DNA from: a virus
Lineage: Duplodnaviria > Heunggongvirae > Uroviricota > Caudoviricetes
Strand: one strand, 5' to 3'
DNA length: 64,000 bases
Virus record (IMG/VR): IMGVR_UViG_3300017722_002988
Location: 67,760-131,759 of that record
Positions 9,236 through 18,391 of this stretch are shown here, piece by piece; the stretch's first letter is position 1, and each line of letters begins with the position of its first letter. Below the pieces are notes generated by a model. That model had not been told where the DNA came from, searched no databases, and saw only the letters and a list, made by a program, of their open reading frames with translations. The translations under genes and the position numbers were made by a program.

Positions 9236-10348
9236 ATGAGCAAAGCTAGCCTTGACGGTCTGAACCTTACCGTTTTCGATGAGATTTACGTTCAGACTAA
9301 GGATCGAGTGCCTTTCAACACCAAGGCTCCGCCTTTGGCATTCGCGACTCAGACTGGTGTTGGTTTCGACAAGCGTAAGGAAACCGTTGACACTTGGTCC
9401 GGTCCGACGTACCGCTATGTCGATAAGCTAGACGAAAATGGTAAGCGCGTGATGCGCAAGGATTATCCGAGCGTCGCCGAACAAGTCCGCGTCGATGCCC
9501 CGATGACGCCCGGGATCTATCTGAAAAACCTGCCACAATCTGGCTTCACCTTCGAGAAGTCAGTCAGCCGTTGGTCAACCTCCAATAAGTGGTTCACCAT
9601 CAACGATCCACGTGGATTCCAGCTACAAATCGCAGCTGATAACCTCGGCGACATCCTTATCAATGCCGGCGTGCTTAATGGCGATCTTCAGGGAGAATAT
9701 GTCTGGGCTCGAAATAAGGCCAGCATCTTTTTGTGCCGCACGAGCCACCCGGCATACAGAGATTTTGTCTCACCTAAAATCACTCGGACCAACTTGATCC
9801 CTGGTGACGTCATCCTGATGGGTCAGGAGACAACCGAGTATGAATTTCTCGGGACTTATTACACGACCCGGCTCGGTACCGAATACCGCTATGTGCATAA
9901 TCAAACAGGGCAAATTATGCCAGACAACTGGCGCAACCCTTCTCATTGGAACTATAGAGCCACATCTGTTCATACGCAGCAGGGAGTCACTTTCAGCACC
10001 CAAGATTCCAAGCTGGTTTTCGTCTTCAAGGGTGAAGGCGGCCAACTGAAGGTCATGCGACAGAAGCCAACCAAGGTCAAAATGGTTCGTGAAGGTAATC
10101 CATCGGTTCTGCTGAAAACTGGGCAACCATACACTATTTGGTCGAATCTGCCAGCCTCAAGTGTCGCCCTGTTCTGGGATTCTGTGGAAGACATGGAGGA
10201 GCATGGTCCTGCGTTTATCGAGTCACACGTAGATACTATGAGTGCTGCCGAGAAATTCGGTGGGTATTCCTATAACAGGGAATCACGGATCTTTGGAGGT
10301 GATTATGCCTACGACAAGGCAAATAACAAGGTAGTCGATGCTCGTTAA
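9236..10348 (+). CDS. hypothetical protein (370 aa)
   Basis: Long ORF immediately downstream of the palindrome. Confidence 0.6.
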   Translation: MSKASLDGLNLTVFDEIYVQTKDRVPFNTKAPPLAFATQTGVGFDKRKETVDTWSGPTYRYVDKLDENGKRVMRKDYPSVAEQVRVDAPMTPGIYLKNLPQSGFTFEKSVSRWSTSNKWFTINDPRGFQLQIAADNLGDILINAGVLNGDLQGEYVWARNKASIFLCRTSHPAYRDFVSPKITRTNLIPGDVILMGQETTEYEFLGTYYTTRLGTEYRYVHNQTGQIMPDNWRNPSHWNYRATSVHTQQGVTFSTQDSKLVFVFKGEGGQLKVMRQKPTKVKMVREGNPSVLLKTGQPYTIWSNLPASSVALFWDSVEDMEEHGPAFIESHVDTMSAAEKFGGYSYNRESRIFGGDYAYDKANNKVVDAR

Positions 10349-10514
10349 TGATTCTGCACTTCCCGGCAACGTAAAGAGGGCCCTGATCGATGATCATGGG
10401 CCCTCGAGTACGATTGAAGAGATTGTGGCGAAGCCTGATGCTGAGCTTGTCAGGTCGGCTAATGTAGGCCGTAAAACGATTCGTCTGCTGCGGGAATACG
10501 CTGCGACTATTTGA
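10338..10514 (+). CDS. small helix-hairpin-helix protein (RNAP alpha-CTD-like), not listed in the ORF track
   Basis: 58-codon ORF overlapping the upstream stop; ELVRSANVGRKTIRLLREYA resembles an alpha-CTD HhH. Confidence 0.35.
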   Translation: MLVNDSALPGNVKRALIDDHGPSSTIEEIVAKPDAELVRSANVGRKTIRLLREYAATI

Positions 10515-11097
10515 TGGGGTTTCCCGCCTTACCTAGCATCACTTTCGTGTGCCAGTGGTCGCCAATTTTACGCTGATAGAAGTGATTCTTAAACTCAGGG
10601 TGCCTGGTAACTTCAGGATCATCATCTGGAGCGTGTCGGATCGGATCCTCATCGCCAAGGTGTTTCTTGACTTCGTCATGATCCATAGCGTGATGGTGAA
10701 GATCAGGTGTATGACGTTTCATGAAACTCAAGGACGGCCCAGATACTTCCTTGTAAGAAGTCCCATGTTCAATCTCTGATTTCATGATATGCTTCAGGCC
10801 ATGCTTGCCTTCATCGGAACCATCGGTCCCTACAGCAACGCTCTTACGACCGCCTTTGTCTTTATACATGACTGCCGCATGGACTTTGCCATCCTTTTTG
10901 TGGAGCTTCCACATAGGAATGTTCTTGACCATGTCGTCTGCGTCTTTGAATCCAGACCCGTGGATTCCGCCTATTTTTTCATAGGATTTTTGCATGAGGC
11001 CAAAGACCTCGTGTTTGTGGGCTTCTTTTTCAGCCTCGTGGTGTGGCAAGAGGTTAACGAAACGCTCTGCTAAGACAAATTCACCGAACGTTTTCAT
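10507..11097 (-). CDS. His-rich protein with an N-terminal capsid-targeting-like sequence (MKTFGEFVLAE)
   Basis: N-terminus matches the MKTFxxF(I/V)xE paralog family; shares an HKKDGKVH motif with the 61841 paralog. Confidence 0.6.
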   Translation of the reverse strand: MKTFGEFVLAERFVNLLPHHEAEKEAHKHEVFGLMQKSYEKIGGIHGSGFKDADDMVKNIPMWKLHKKDGKVHAAVMYKDKGGRKSVAVGTDGSDEGKHGLKHIMKSEIEHGTSYKEVSGPSLSFMKRHTPDLHHHAMDHDEVKKHLGDEDPIRHAPDDDPEVTRHPEFKNHFYQRKIGDHWHTKVMLGKAGNPIK

Positions 11098-11105
11098 GTA
11101 GTCCC

Positions 11106-11642
11106 CTAGTGCATCAAGTGCTTCTTCATGATATTTATCACAGGACCCATGTTAACAATCCGGTGGCCTTCACCTTTTAGCCACGTGACGTTTTTGAACT
11201 TCTTAGCAGCATAGTCAGGCTTGACAACGTCATCCTGGTCGCTCAGAAACACGTGGTGGTTCTTCGAAGGTTCGCCCTTGGCAAGATTAAACTCTGCGTA
11301 ATCTTGCAGGACTTTGGCCTCGAGGCCGAACTTGGTGAGGTTCTTAACCGGCTCAAGCGACGGGTTCAGAAGAACCATCCGCGAGCCTTGTTGCTTGGCA
11401 AAGTGATATGCCCACAAGCCGCCGGCGCTGTTGCCGACCAGGATCACGTCTTCAGGGTGATACGTATCGAAGATGGTGTTGATGGCTTTTTCAAGCTTGG
11501 CAGCGATCTTCGTCGGGCCTTCTTGGTGAACGATCGGATACGATAGCACTAGGTGTTCAGGGAAGGCTTGTTGGATGGCGACCTTGCTGTCTGCCTCCGG
11601 GCTCCCGTTAAATCCATGAAAGTATACGATACACTTAGACAC
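11106..11642 (-). CDS. alpha/beta hydrolase, YqiA-type esterase
   Basis: YFHGFNGSP and a GNSAGG nucleophile elbow; a minus-strand short-form promoter lies upstream. Confidence 0.7.
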   Translation of the reverse strand: MSKCIVYFHGFNGSPEADSKVAIQQAFPEHLVLSYPIVHQEGPTKIAAKLEKAINTIFDTYHPEDVILVGNSAGGLWAYHFAKQQGSRMVLLNPSLEPVKNLTKFGLEAKVLQDYAEFNLAKGEPSKNHHVFLSDQDDVVKPDYAAKKFKNVTWLKGEGHRIVNMGPVINIMKKHLMH

Positions 11643-11750
11643 GCTTAGCTCCTCTTACATTATCAATGTACACTTATAGGAAATGAAGTACACTGCCTTC
11701 TTAGCAATATTTATGTGTACATCATTTTCCTCGTGTCGTACATTGATAAA

Positions 11751-12395
11751 ATGAATCAGGACCGTTACAAGTACCCGAGCACGCCACACCTACCGTTGTC
11801 CAAAGGACGACAGTGGGATGACACCGCTCTTGACGGCTACGCAAACTTCATCGGCCACGAGGTCGTGATCACGGAGAAAATGGACGGTGAGAATGCTTCC
11901 CTTTACCATGACTACTATCACGCCAGATCCCTTGATTCTCGCCACCATCCTTCTCGTGATTGGATTAAGTCTTTTTGGGGTCGCGTTCGGTTTGACATTC
12001 CCGCCGGCTGGCGGTTCTGCGGTGAAAACCTCTACGCTGCTCACAGTGTCAAGTATGATTCTCTGCCTAGCTACTTTATGCTATTTAGCGTTTGGGGTCA
12101 TAACAATTATTCTCTGAGCTGGGATGAAGTCGAGTTCTGGGCAGATCTTCTGGGCATAGATACTGTGCCTGTCCTTTATCGTGGTCAATTTGACAAGACC
12201 ATCGTCGAGAAGATTGCTCGAGAACAGGATCCTGAGAAATCTGAGGGCTTCGTGATCCGGAATGCAGAGTCATTCCATTTTGATGACTTTGCCAAAAACA
12301 TGGGTAAGTACGTTCGAGTCAATCACGTACAAACCGACCAACATTGGATGTTCGCTGAGATCGTCCCAAACCAACTGAGAGACAGCAATGAGTGA
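11751..12395 (+). CDS. KxDG nucleotidyltransferase-superfamily ligase-like protein (putative RNA ligase)
   Basis: ITEKMDGENASL is a KxDG motif-I; start chosen at MNQDRYKY after the promoter box. Confidence 0.5.
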   Translation: MNQDRYKYPSTPHLPLSKGRQWDDTALDGYANFIGHEVVITEKMDGENASLYHDYYHARSLDSRHHPSRDWIKSFWGRVRFDIPAGWRFCGENLYAAHSVKYDSLPSYFMLFSVWGHNNYSLSWDEVEFWADLLGIDTVPVLYRGQFDKTIVEKIAREQDPEKSEGFVIRNAESFHFDDFAKNMGKYVRVNHVQTDQHWMFAEIVPNQLRDSNE

Positions 12396-12993
12396 GATCT
12401 TTTACACCTCTGACCTTCATTGGGGTCATGAGGCAACCTGCACCAAGTTTACCAGAAACGATGGGACTCCTCTTCGTCCATTCTCCTGTGCGCAAGAGAT
12501 GGACGAAGAGATGATCCGCCGTTGGAACGCAACTGTATCACCGAACGACAAAGTGTACGTGTTGGGCGATGTGGCTATGAGGAGCCAGCACCTGAAGACT
12601 ATGGGCCGGGTCAACGGCAAGAAGACTCTCATCCGGGGAAACCATGACATCTTCGACATCAGGGATTACCTGAAATACTTTTCCGAGGTCCATGCTATTC
12701 GGTATCCGGAAACCCGTGAGTTCGTCATGACGCATATTCCTCTGCACCCAGATTCGGTTCGTGAGAGGTATAAGTACAATATCCACGGGCATCTGCACGC
12801 CAACCGGGTGACTATCGAAGCCGAACGCACTATCAGAAAATATGCCGACGGATCCTTTGACAGTGAGATTGTTAGGGTCACTGACCCGATGTATTTGAAC
12901 GTGTGTGTTGAACACACCGACTACACTCCAATCTCACATGACGAGGTCCTCCGCCGGATTCGCCAACAGCAAGAGGATTTTAACAATGCCTGA
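12388..12993 (+). CDS. calcineurin-like metallophosphoesterase
   Basis: DLHWGH, GDV and GNHD motifs; coupled to the ligase-like gene. Confidence 0.8.
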   Translation: MSEIFYTSDLHWGHEATCTKFTRNDGTPLRPFSCAQEMDEEMIRRWNATVSPNDKVYVLGDVAMRSQHLKTMGRVNGKKTLIRGNHDIFDIRDYLKYFSEVHAIRYPETREFVMTHIPLHPDSVRERYKYNIHGHLHANRVTIEAERTIRKYADGSFDSEIVRVTDPMYLNVCVEHTDYTPISHDEVLRRIRQQQEDFNNA

Positions 12994-13297
12994 ACCAACC
13001 GTTATGATCATAGTGGCAAGTCTTGTTGTATTGGCCTGCTTGACGTTTCTGACATGGGTCCTGCTTATCAGGCCGGGTCATCTCACAAAGCTTCATGACC
13101 AAGTAGTCGATGAAACTACTTCGGCCGTGCTTGAAGCGTGTCTGTCTTATGGACAGAGCCAACTCTCGTCTAGCGAGTATGAGAGATTCAAGACCCTGCT
13201 GACTGCCGAAATCAGTGAAGGCGCAGGCGGCATTAGCCTGGCGGTTCTCGTTGAACGCTGCATTGCAGAAGCTAGAGAGGAATCCAATGAAGCGTGA
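12987..13297 (+). CDS. small membrane protein
   Basis: Hydrophobic N-terminal helix VMIIVASLVVLACLTFLTWVLLI. Confidence 0.45.
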
Positions 13298-13484
13298 ATG
13301 GACTCCCATCACTGAAGATCAAAAAGATGGACGCATCTATCTCTTAGGAATCCCAGATAAGAAGATCGGCCCTTGGATGGGTTATTTCTGGAAGAACGGC
13401 AACTGCTGGCTCCAATGCGATCTTCCAGCCCACGGCAAGATGCCCACCCATTACTATGACTTGACGGGATTGCTTTTCGAATGA
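13287..13484 (+). CDS. hypothetical small protein
   Basis: Start at the internal ATG (MKREWTPITEDQ) preceded by GAGG. Confidence 0.4.
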   Translation: MKREWTPITEDQKDGRIYLLGIPDKKIGPWMGYFWKNGNCWLQCDLPAHGKMPTHYYDLTGLLFE

Positions 13485-13729
13485 ACGCTCTTGAGTTTGA
13501 CCGCGACGTTTTCATGGAACAGGGGTTCCAGTTCACTAAAAGCGGTAACAGCTGGATGGTCTCTGTTTTAGAGTCGTGGACCTCTGAAGGGGAAACGTGG
13601 CGCTTCATCGGCCACACCATGGGCCGAGAGGATCGTTGGGCCTCAATCAATTTCCGTAGAACGACGATCGGGCACAAGAGCCGCCTTGAGGCTGCTCAGC
13701 AACTCGAGAGATTATTTTACGGTAAGTGA
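13481..13729 (+). CDS. hypothetical protein
   Basis: ORF coupled to its upstream neighbour. Confidence 0.45.
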   Translation: MNALEFDRDVFMEQGFQFTKSGNSWMVSVLESWTSEGETWRFIGHTMGREDRWASINFRRTTIGHKSRLEAAQQLERLFYGK

Positions 13730-13734
13730 ATTTA

Positions 13735-13777
13735 GTTGTGTACCTATTTTCCAGTTATCGTATTATGAGAATGTAAC
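13735..13777 (+). promoter_or_regulatory. phage promoter motif (TTGTGTAC, N17, TATTATGAGAATGTAA)
   Basis: Matches the recurrent consensus; lies upstream of ORF 13790. Confidence 0.6.
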
Positions 13778-13789
13778 TTGGAGCTACCT

Positions 13790-14059
13790 ATGATGATCAA
13801 CGTTCTGGATGGCCGGGACATTCGTTCGGTTTCTCGTGTGGAACTGCAGCGGATTTCTGAGCAGCTGATGAAGATCACGCGGACGCTGAACCAGGAAATC
13901 GGAATGCGCAACGCCTCGGACAGCTTCGTCTACGGCTGGAGAAACACGGACGGTAGCGGAACGTACACGACGTTCGATACGTTCCTGGAAGCTTGGGCCG
14001 AAGCTGAAAAGCAGCTTGGTTCGGGCGGAGGTTATCGAGTGCAGAACGTGCATCTGTAA
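13790..14059 (+). CDS. hypothetical protein
   Basis: ATG downstream of the promoter with a GGAG RBS. Confidence 0.5.
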   Translation: MMINVLDGRDIRSVSRVELQRISEQLMKITRTLNQEIGMRNASDSFVYGWRNTDGSGTYTTFDTFLEAWAEAEKQLGSGGGYRVQNVHL

Positions 14060-14064
14060 GAGAT

Positions 14065-14335
14065 TCAACCGGCGAGGCCGGGGTCATTGCAAAGGACCGG
14101 GTGCGAATCCCGGGGGCAATGGGTGCAACTCCCTAAGCCCGCACGTTAGCCGGTAGTGATTGGATAATGTCTGGACCCGAGGTTGCAGCCTTGGCCCTCC
14201 ACACATGCGAAAAGAGTAGTGAGACTAGCTTAAGCTGGATAGAGCGGGGACCCTGCGGTCCTAGGTACACGGGTTCGAGTCCCGATTCACTTTCGTCCCC
14301 CGAGGCACTGCAATGACTTGCGGGGCCTCTTTTCG
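14065..14335 (+). ncRNA. candidate structured non-coding RNA with two T-arm-like hairpins (CCGGGTGCGAATCCCGG; CGGGTTCGAGTCCCG)
   Basis: About 270 nt with no ORF, lying between a CDS and the next promoter; tRNA-like T-arm motifs; ends at a GC stem plus CTCTTTT. Confidence 0.35.
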
Positions 14336-14351
14336 TATGCGCCACTTTTTA

Positions 14352-14389
14352 TTGTACATATTTGTCAGACGGTGTAGGATAAGAATATG
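14352..14389 (+). promoter_or_regulatory. phage promoter motif (variant with TAGGATAAGAATATGAG -10)
   Basis: TTGTACA box plus the variant extended -10 shared with the 27725 copy. Confidence 0.5.
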
Positions 14390-14620
14390 AGAAATGTTGA
14401 CACACAAATTCACGCCGTCTTTGAGTCCGCTCTGGATGATATGTACGTCTTCCCTGACAACTCGACCCTGCGTCGCGAGTCTGGCAAGACTCCAAATGGC
14501 AATGACATGGATGGCCAATGGGTCTACCGTGACGCTAATGGGAATTTCCTTGACTACGGCTCGTACCGCCACGACCTGGCGGATCGCTTTAATCTCGTCC
14601 TCTATCCCAGAATCGTCTGA
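14387..14620 (+). CDS. hypothetical protein
   Basis: ORF downstream of the promoter. Confidence 0.5.
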   Translation: MRNVDTQIHAVFESALDDMYVFPDNSTLRRESGKTPNGNDMDGQWVYRDANGNFLDYGSYRHDLADRFNLVLYPRIV

Positions 14621-14725
14621 CATGAGAGTCATTAAAACCAAAATCGACCTGAGCATTCCGCTTGGGATCTTCTTCCGCTTTCCAGAGACCGGCTTCGTTC
14701 TCTGGACTCTGCTGGGGCGCGTGCT

Positions 14726-15850
14726 GTGAAATACCAATTTCCTGTCATCAACACGATCAATGACGTCCTTCCGCACCTCGATGGTCGGAAGGAGTTTGTC
14801 GTTGCCAACCGTGGTGACCACATCATCATCAACTACGCCGTGGCCTTCGCCGACACCTTCTGTCCGGTGACAACTCTCGGCGACGCGATCCGTCGTGAAT
14901 GCCGTGGCTTGATCTTTGATGCCAAGACCGGCAAGATCATCCGCCGTCCGTACCACAAGTTCTTCAATGTGGGCGAAAAGGAAGAGACCGACCCCAAGAT
15001 CATCGATGAACTGATCGACGCCATCTCGCTCGAGAAGCTCGATGGTTCGATGATCGCTCCTTATCCGGCCGCCGACGGTACGCTCCGTTGGGGCACCAAG
15101 ATGGGTGACACCGACGTGGCCAAGATGGTTCTTCCGTTCCTAACCGCGAACTCGAACTATGTTCAGTTCGCTCAGGTCGCTGTAGAATGTGGCCTTACTC
15201 CGATCTTCGAATTTTGCTCGCGTCAGCAGCGGATCGTCGTGGATTATGAGACCGAGCGCCTCGTTCTGACTGCGGTCCGCCATATGGAATCAGGTGCTTA
15301 TGTTGGCTATGACGGCCTGTGCGCTCTGGCCGATTCGTGGAGCATCGATGTCGTTGGGACCCTGGAGTTCGACAAAAACGCTGTCGGCGTCGAGGGTGTG
15401 GTCATCCGCCTGTCGGACGGCCACATGGCTAAGATGAAGGCCGAGTCATACATGCGTATCCACAAGGCCAAGGACAAGATCACGGTTGAGAAGAATGCCG
15501 TGGACGCCATCCTGAACAACGAGATCGATGACCTTCTGCCTGAACTTGGTCAGGAAGACCGTGACCGTGTTGTGGCTCTTGATGTTGCTCTTCATCGGTT
15601 TTTGGACAGCCGCTCGAAGATGTTGGCTTTAGAGGTGGCTGAAGACGTGGAGCTCTTCAAGGATAAGAAGACTTACGCTCTTGAGGCTCAACGCCCACAA
15701 TATATCAAGGCGGCTGTTTTCAAGATGTGGGATGAGCCGGAAGGTGCTTACGAGTACCTTATGGCCCAACTCACCAAGAGCCTGGGTAAGGAAGTCAACT
15801 ACGCTGACTTCAAGCGCATGTGGGGCTTCGACTATGACTATTCTCAGTAA
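14726..15850 (+). CDS. rnlA: RNA ligase 1 (T4 gp63 / Rnl1 family)
   Basis: 374 aa, matching T4 Rnl1 length; motif-I-like EKLDGSMIAPY, EGVVIR and the C-terminal HMAKMKAESYMRIHKAKD resemble Rnl1. Confidence 0.75.
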   Translation: MKYQFPVINTINDVLPHLDGRKEFVVANRGDHIIINYAVAFADTFCPVTTLGDAIRRECRGLIFDAKTGKIIRRPYHKFFNVGEKEETDPKIIDELIDAISLEKLDGSMIAPYPAADGTLRWGTKMGDTDVAKMVLPFLTANSNYVQFAQVAVECGLTPIFEFCSRQQRIVVDYETERLVLTAVRHMESGAYVGYDGLCALADSWSIDVVGTLEFDKNAVGVEGVVIRLSDGHMAKMKAESYMRIHKAKDKITVEKNAVDAILNNEIDDLLPELGQEDRDRVVALDVALHRFLDSRSKMLALEVAEDVELFKDKKTYALEAQRPQYIKAAVFKMWDEPEGAYEYLMAQLTKSLGKEVNYADFKRMWGFDYDYSQ

Positions 15851-16031
15851 GATCCTAGACCGGTTTCAAGGCCCGAAAATATACATGGTCGTGGATGATG
15901 AGGGTGACGCTATGGCCCTCCATCCCGGCCGTGTGTTGAAAACCGACACTGTTATCTCTGGACCATTTCGTTATGCAAAGGCTCGGAAAATAGCCAGAGC
16001 CATCAACAAGGAAAACACCAATGCAGATTGA
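15834..16031 (+). CDS. hypothetical small protein
   Basis: Internal ATG (MTILSKILD) overlapping the rnlA stop. Confidence 0.4.
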   Translation: MTILSKILDRFQGPKIYMVVDDEGDAMALHPGRVLKTDTVISGPFRYAKARKIARAINKENTNAD

Positions 16032-16530
16032 ATCTCAGTTTCTGGCCGCCGGAATGATGTCGGCCTTCTTTGATTCTGGTGTTTATGAAAACGCACCAGC
16101 ACCTGTCAAAGCGAACATGCGGACCCTGGTTATGAAGGGATACGAGATCGCCTGCTCTATGCAGACAGCCGCTGATGTTGAACAAGAGCGCGAAAGGGAG
16201 CTGGCCGCGATTGAGAAGGAAGTGGAGTTCATCCTGAGCATTTGTGATCAGCTCAAGCGTAACCCCATTAACTCTGATTCGATCAACCTTCTTATCGCCA
16301 GCTTGCCCTGCGAGTGCGACCATCGCGATCTGATGCTGAACTACACTGGTGATTCTGCAGCTGTCACTGATTTTCTGCTGCGCCTCTTAGGGCGCCAATA
16401 TCAGGGTCACGTTTATGACACCTTCCGCTCACTGCGGGCTAACCCTTGCATTAGCGGACCAGACTCCGTACTGCTTCTTCTGGTCGGCTTATCGCAGCAC
16501 GGCTTCAATCTGAAACAGCAGTTTACGTAA
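16021..16530 (+). CDS. hypothetical protein
   Basis: Coupled ORF. Confidence 0.5.
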   Translation: MQIESQFLAAGMMSAFFDSGVYENAPAPVKANMRTLVMKGYEIACSMQTAADVEQERERELAAIEKEVEFILSICDQLKRNPINSDSINLLIASLPCECDHRDLMLNYTGDSAAVTDFLLRLLGRQYQGHVYDTFRSLRANPCISGPDSVLLLLVGLSQHGFNLKQQFT

Positions 16531-16574
16531 ACGCAGTCGAACTCATAAATATCCCTATAACAGGGGCACTAGCT

Positions 16575-16961
16575 ATGGGTACTACAGTACGAACTAAATG
16601 TAAGCATCGCACTTTGAAGCTATTGGCGAAAATGGCTGTAGGTACCGCATGGTTGTTAAGTCCCAGCGCAATCATGTTTGCTGTTGGGATTCTAGTGGGT
16701 CCATATATGCACTGGACCACGGATATGATTTATCTAGCTGCCACGAATGCGTTCATACTATGGGCTTCTATACTAATAACGTTTCTGGGCTGCATGCGTC
16801 ACATGCGCCACGAAATTAGATCTGATATCGAAGACTATCACGATCAGTTTGTGGCACTGCGCTATTGGACTGCGGAACCTGGCTCTCCAAAAACGGATTT
16901 GGATACACTGAAATCTCTTAAACAAAAACTACTAGCAAGCGCAAGCAATGCAAGCTCCTAG
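16575..16961 (+). CDS. integral membrane protein
   Basis: Several hydrophobic segments. Confidence 0.5.
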   Translation: MGTTVRTKCKHRTLKLLAKMAVGTAWLLSPSAIMFAVGILVGPYMHWTTDMIYLAATNAFILWASILITFLGCMRHMRHEIRSDIEDYHDQFVALRYWTAEPGSPKTDLDTLKSLKQKLLASASNASS

Positions 16962-17397
16962 ACTTGACGGGTTTGTCCCTATTTTCATCGCAGGAACTAT
17001 AGTCCTTGGCGCCGCTTGGTTTTTAGCACCTGCTGCCATTGTGTTCGCTGCCTGCTTTATTGTTTTGGGATTGTCTATGTCTCTCTCAAAACTGTTAGCC
17101 ATATGGGCTTGCGGCGTTTGGATTCTAGGCCATGGTATATTCTGGCTCTATATCAGGTTCCATGATTGGGTCGTTCTAAAAATCTATGAACGCAAGCATG
17201 AAGATTTCATGCGCATCAGGGATATATTTTACTATCCCACCGCGTGTTGCGCGGAATCTTATGAAGCTCTAAAAGAGCGTGAAAGGAATTGGCAAGATGG
17301 CAAAGGGCCGGGTTGTAACGTGCCGTACTCCGCACTGCGGTGCGAAAGTGAACTACGAGACGAGGTGGGTTCGTGGCTGGAGTTCGCCGGGGACTAG
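16948..17397 (+). CDS. integral membrane protein
   Basis: Several hydrophobic segments. Confidence 0.5.
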   Translation: MQAPRLDGFVPIFIAGTIVLGAAWFLAPAAIVFAACFIVLGLSMSLSKLLAIWACGVWILGHGIFWLYIRFHDWVVLKIYERKHEDFMRIRDIFYYPTACCAESYEALKERERNWQDGKGPGCNVPYSALRCESELRDEVGSWLEFAGD

Positions 17398-17521
17398 TGG
17401 CGAGTTCAACGTAACGAGTAACGTAAAAGAGCATCATTGCCCAATATGCAACAAGCCGCTCTTAACGCCTGAAGAAGATGCCGCAACTCCGATCAGACAG
17501 TACTATTCTAGTACCATGTGA
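17279..17521 (+). CDS. small zinc-ribbon protein
   Basis: CRTPHC...HHCPIC cysteine/histidine pairs; the start may instead be the internal MAKGRVV. Confidence 0.45.
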   Translation: MKGIGKMAKGRVVTCRTPHCGAKVNYETRWVRGWSSPGTSGEFNVTSNVKEHHCPICNKPLLTPEEDAATPIRQYYSSTM

Positions 17522-17547
17522 AAAGGGACCCCGTAGGGTCCCTTTCT
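17522..17547. terminator. bidirectional rho-independent terminator (AAAAGGGACCC-CGTA-GGGTCCCTTT)
   Basis: Perfect GC stem flanked by A/T runs, between convergent genes. Confidence 0.8.
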
Positions 17548-17553
17548 TCGTTC

Positions 17554-18063
17554 TTAGGCTTCGTTGGTCGAGACCTTGCCGGCGGCCGACCTTCTGATCA
17601 CCTTTGCAGGTGGTAGAGGCGCTTCTAGCGGCCAGCGCATGCCGCCCTCAGTCAGGCGACTCTTAGCAATCATAGTCTCGGAAACCGAGTTACCCTGATT
17701 GCCGCCTAGTACCCAATAATGGGTCGCCGTCTCGCCGGCATAAAAGCCAACATGTCCACCACCATCGCGAGTAAAGACCAGAACCGCACCAGCACGTGGC
17801 TCAGTTAGCTGCCGACCCCAGGTCGCCCATGCCTTAGCACGGACAGCGATAGGAGCAGTCTTAAGACCGGCAGTATCGATACAGTGGGCTACGAACGTGC
17901 CACACCAAGGAGTCTCGTCATCCTTGACAGCAATACCGAGCTTGTTGCCGAGGCGCTTTGCCCAAGCCATAATTGTAGGGTTATGCTTCGAGCCTGGGTA
18001 TTCCTTCAGGCCAATCCACTTACGGGCTTCGGTGTACCAAGCCGGATCAATAGTCTTTGTCAT
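17554..18063 (-). CDS. cell-wall hydrolase, CHAP / NlpC-P60-like (TIGR02594-like)
   Basis: Candidate catalytic Cys (WCGTFVAHC) and His (GGHVGFY); GGAG RBS on the minus strand. Confidence 0.6.
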   Translation of the reverse strand: MTKTIDPAWYTEARKWIGLKEYPGSKHNPTIMAWAKRLGNKLGIAVKDDETPWCGTFVAHCIDTAGLKTAPIAVRAKAWATWGRQLTEPRAGAVLVFTRDGGGHVGFYAGETATHYWVLGGNQGNSVSETMIAKSRLTEGGMRWPLEAPLPPAKVIRRSAAGKVSTNEA

Positions 18064-18101
18064 TATGTTTCTCCATTTTATATGACGTCCGAAGTTATTT
18101 A

Positions 18102-18143
18102 TGTGTACGTATTTTCTAGTTATCGTATTATGAATGAATGAGA
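18102..18143 (+). promoter_or_regulatory. phage promoter motif
   Basis: TGTGTAC box, then TATTATGAATGAATGAG. Confidence 0.5.
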
Positions 18144-18383
18144 GGCAGGAAGTTTGCCTCGTTTTGGAATGAAGCCATGTTTAAGATGAAACCGAAGCGT
18201 TGGCACCTGACGCTCATGCTGAAATACGGTCATGTGATCGAGGCCACCGTGGATACTTTTGAGTTTATCCGGGCTCCTGAAGGCCACATCACTAAGTGGT
18301 CGGTTACCGGAGTCAAAACCGGGTCTTTCGGCGTCAACCCTATGGACATCGTCGGTTATGAGGCCCGGCCTATCTACTTTTAA
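18138..18383 (+). CDS. hypothetical protein
   Basis: ORF after the promoter. Confidence 0.4.
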   Translation: MRGRKFASFWNEAMFKMKPKRWHLTLMLKYGHVIEATVDTFEFIRAPEGHITKWSVTGVKTGSFGVNPMDIVGYEARPIYF

Positions 18384-18391
18384 GGAGCGCT

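Noticed and set aside
14261-14956. 231-aa minus-strand ORF overlapping the rnlA 5' region and upstream gene
   Set aside because: It lies antisense to well-supported + strand genes and crosses a + strand promoter, and nothing in its sequence argues for a real gene.
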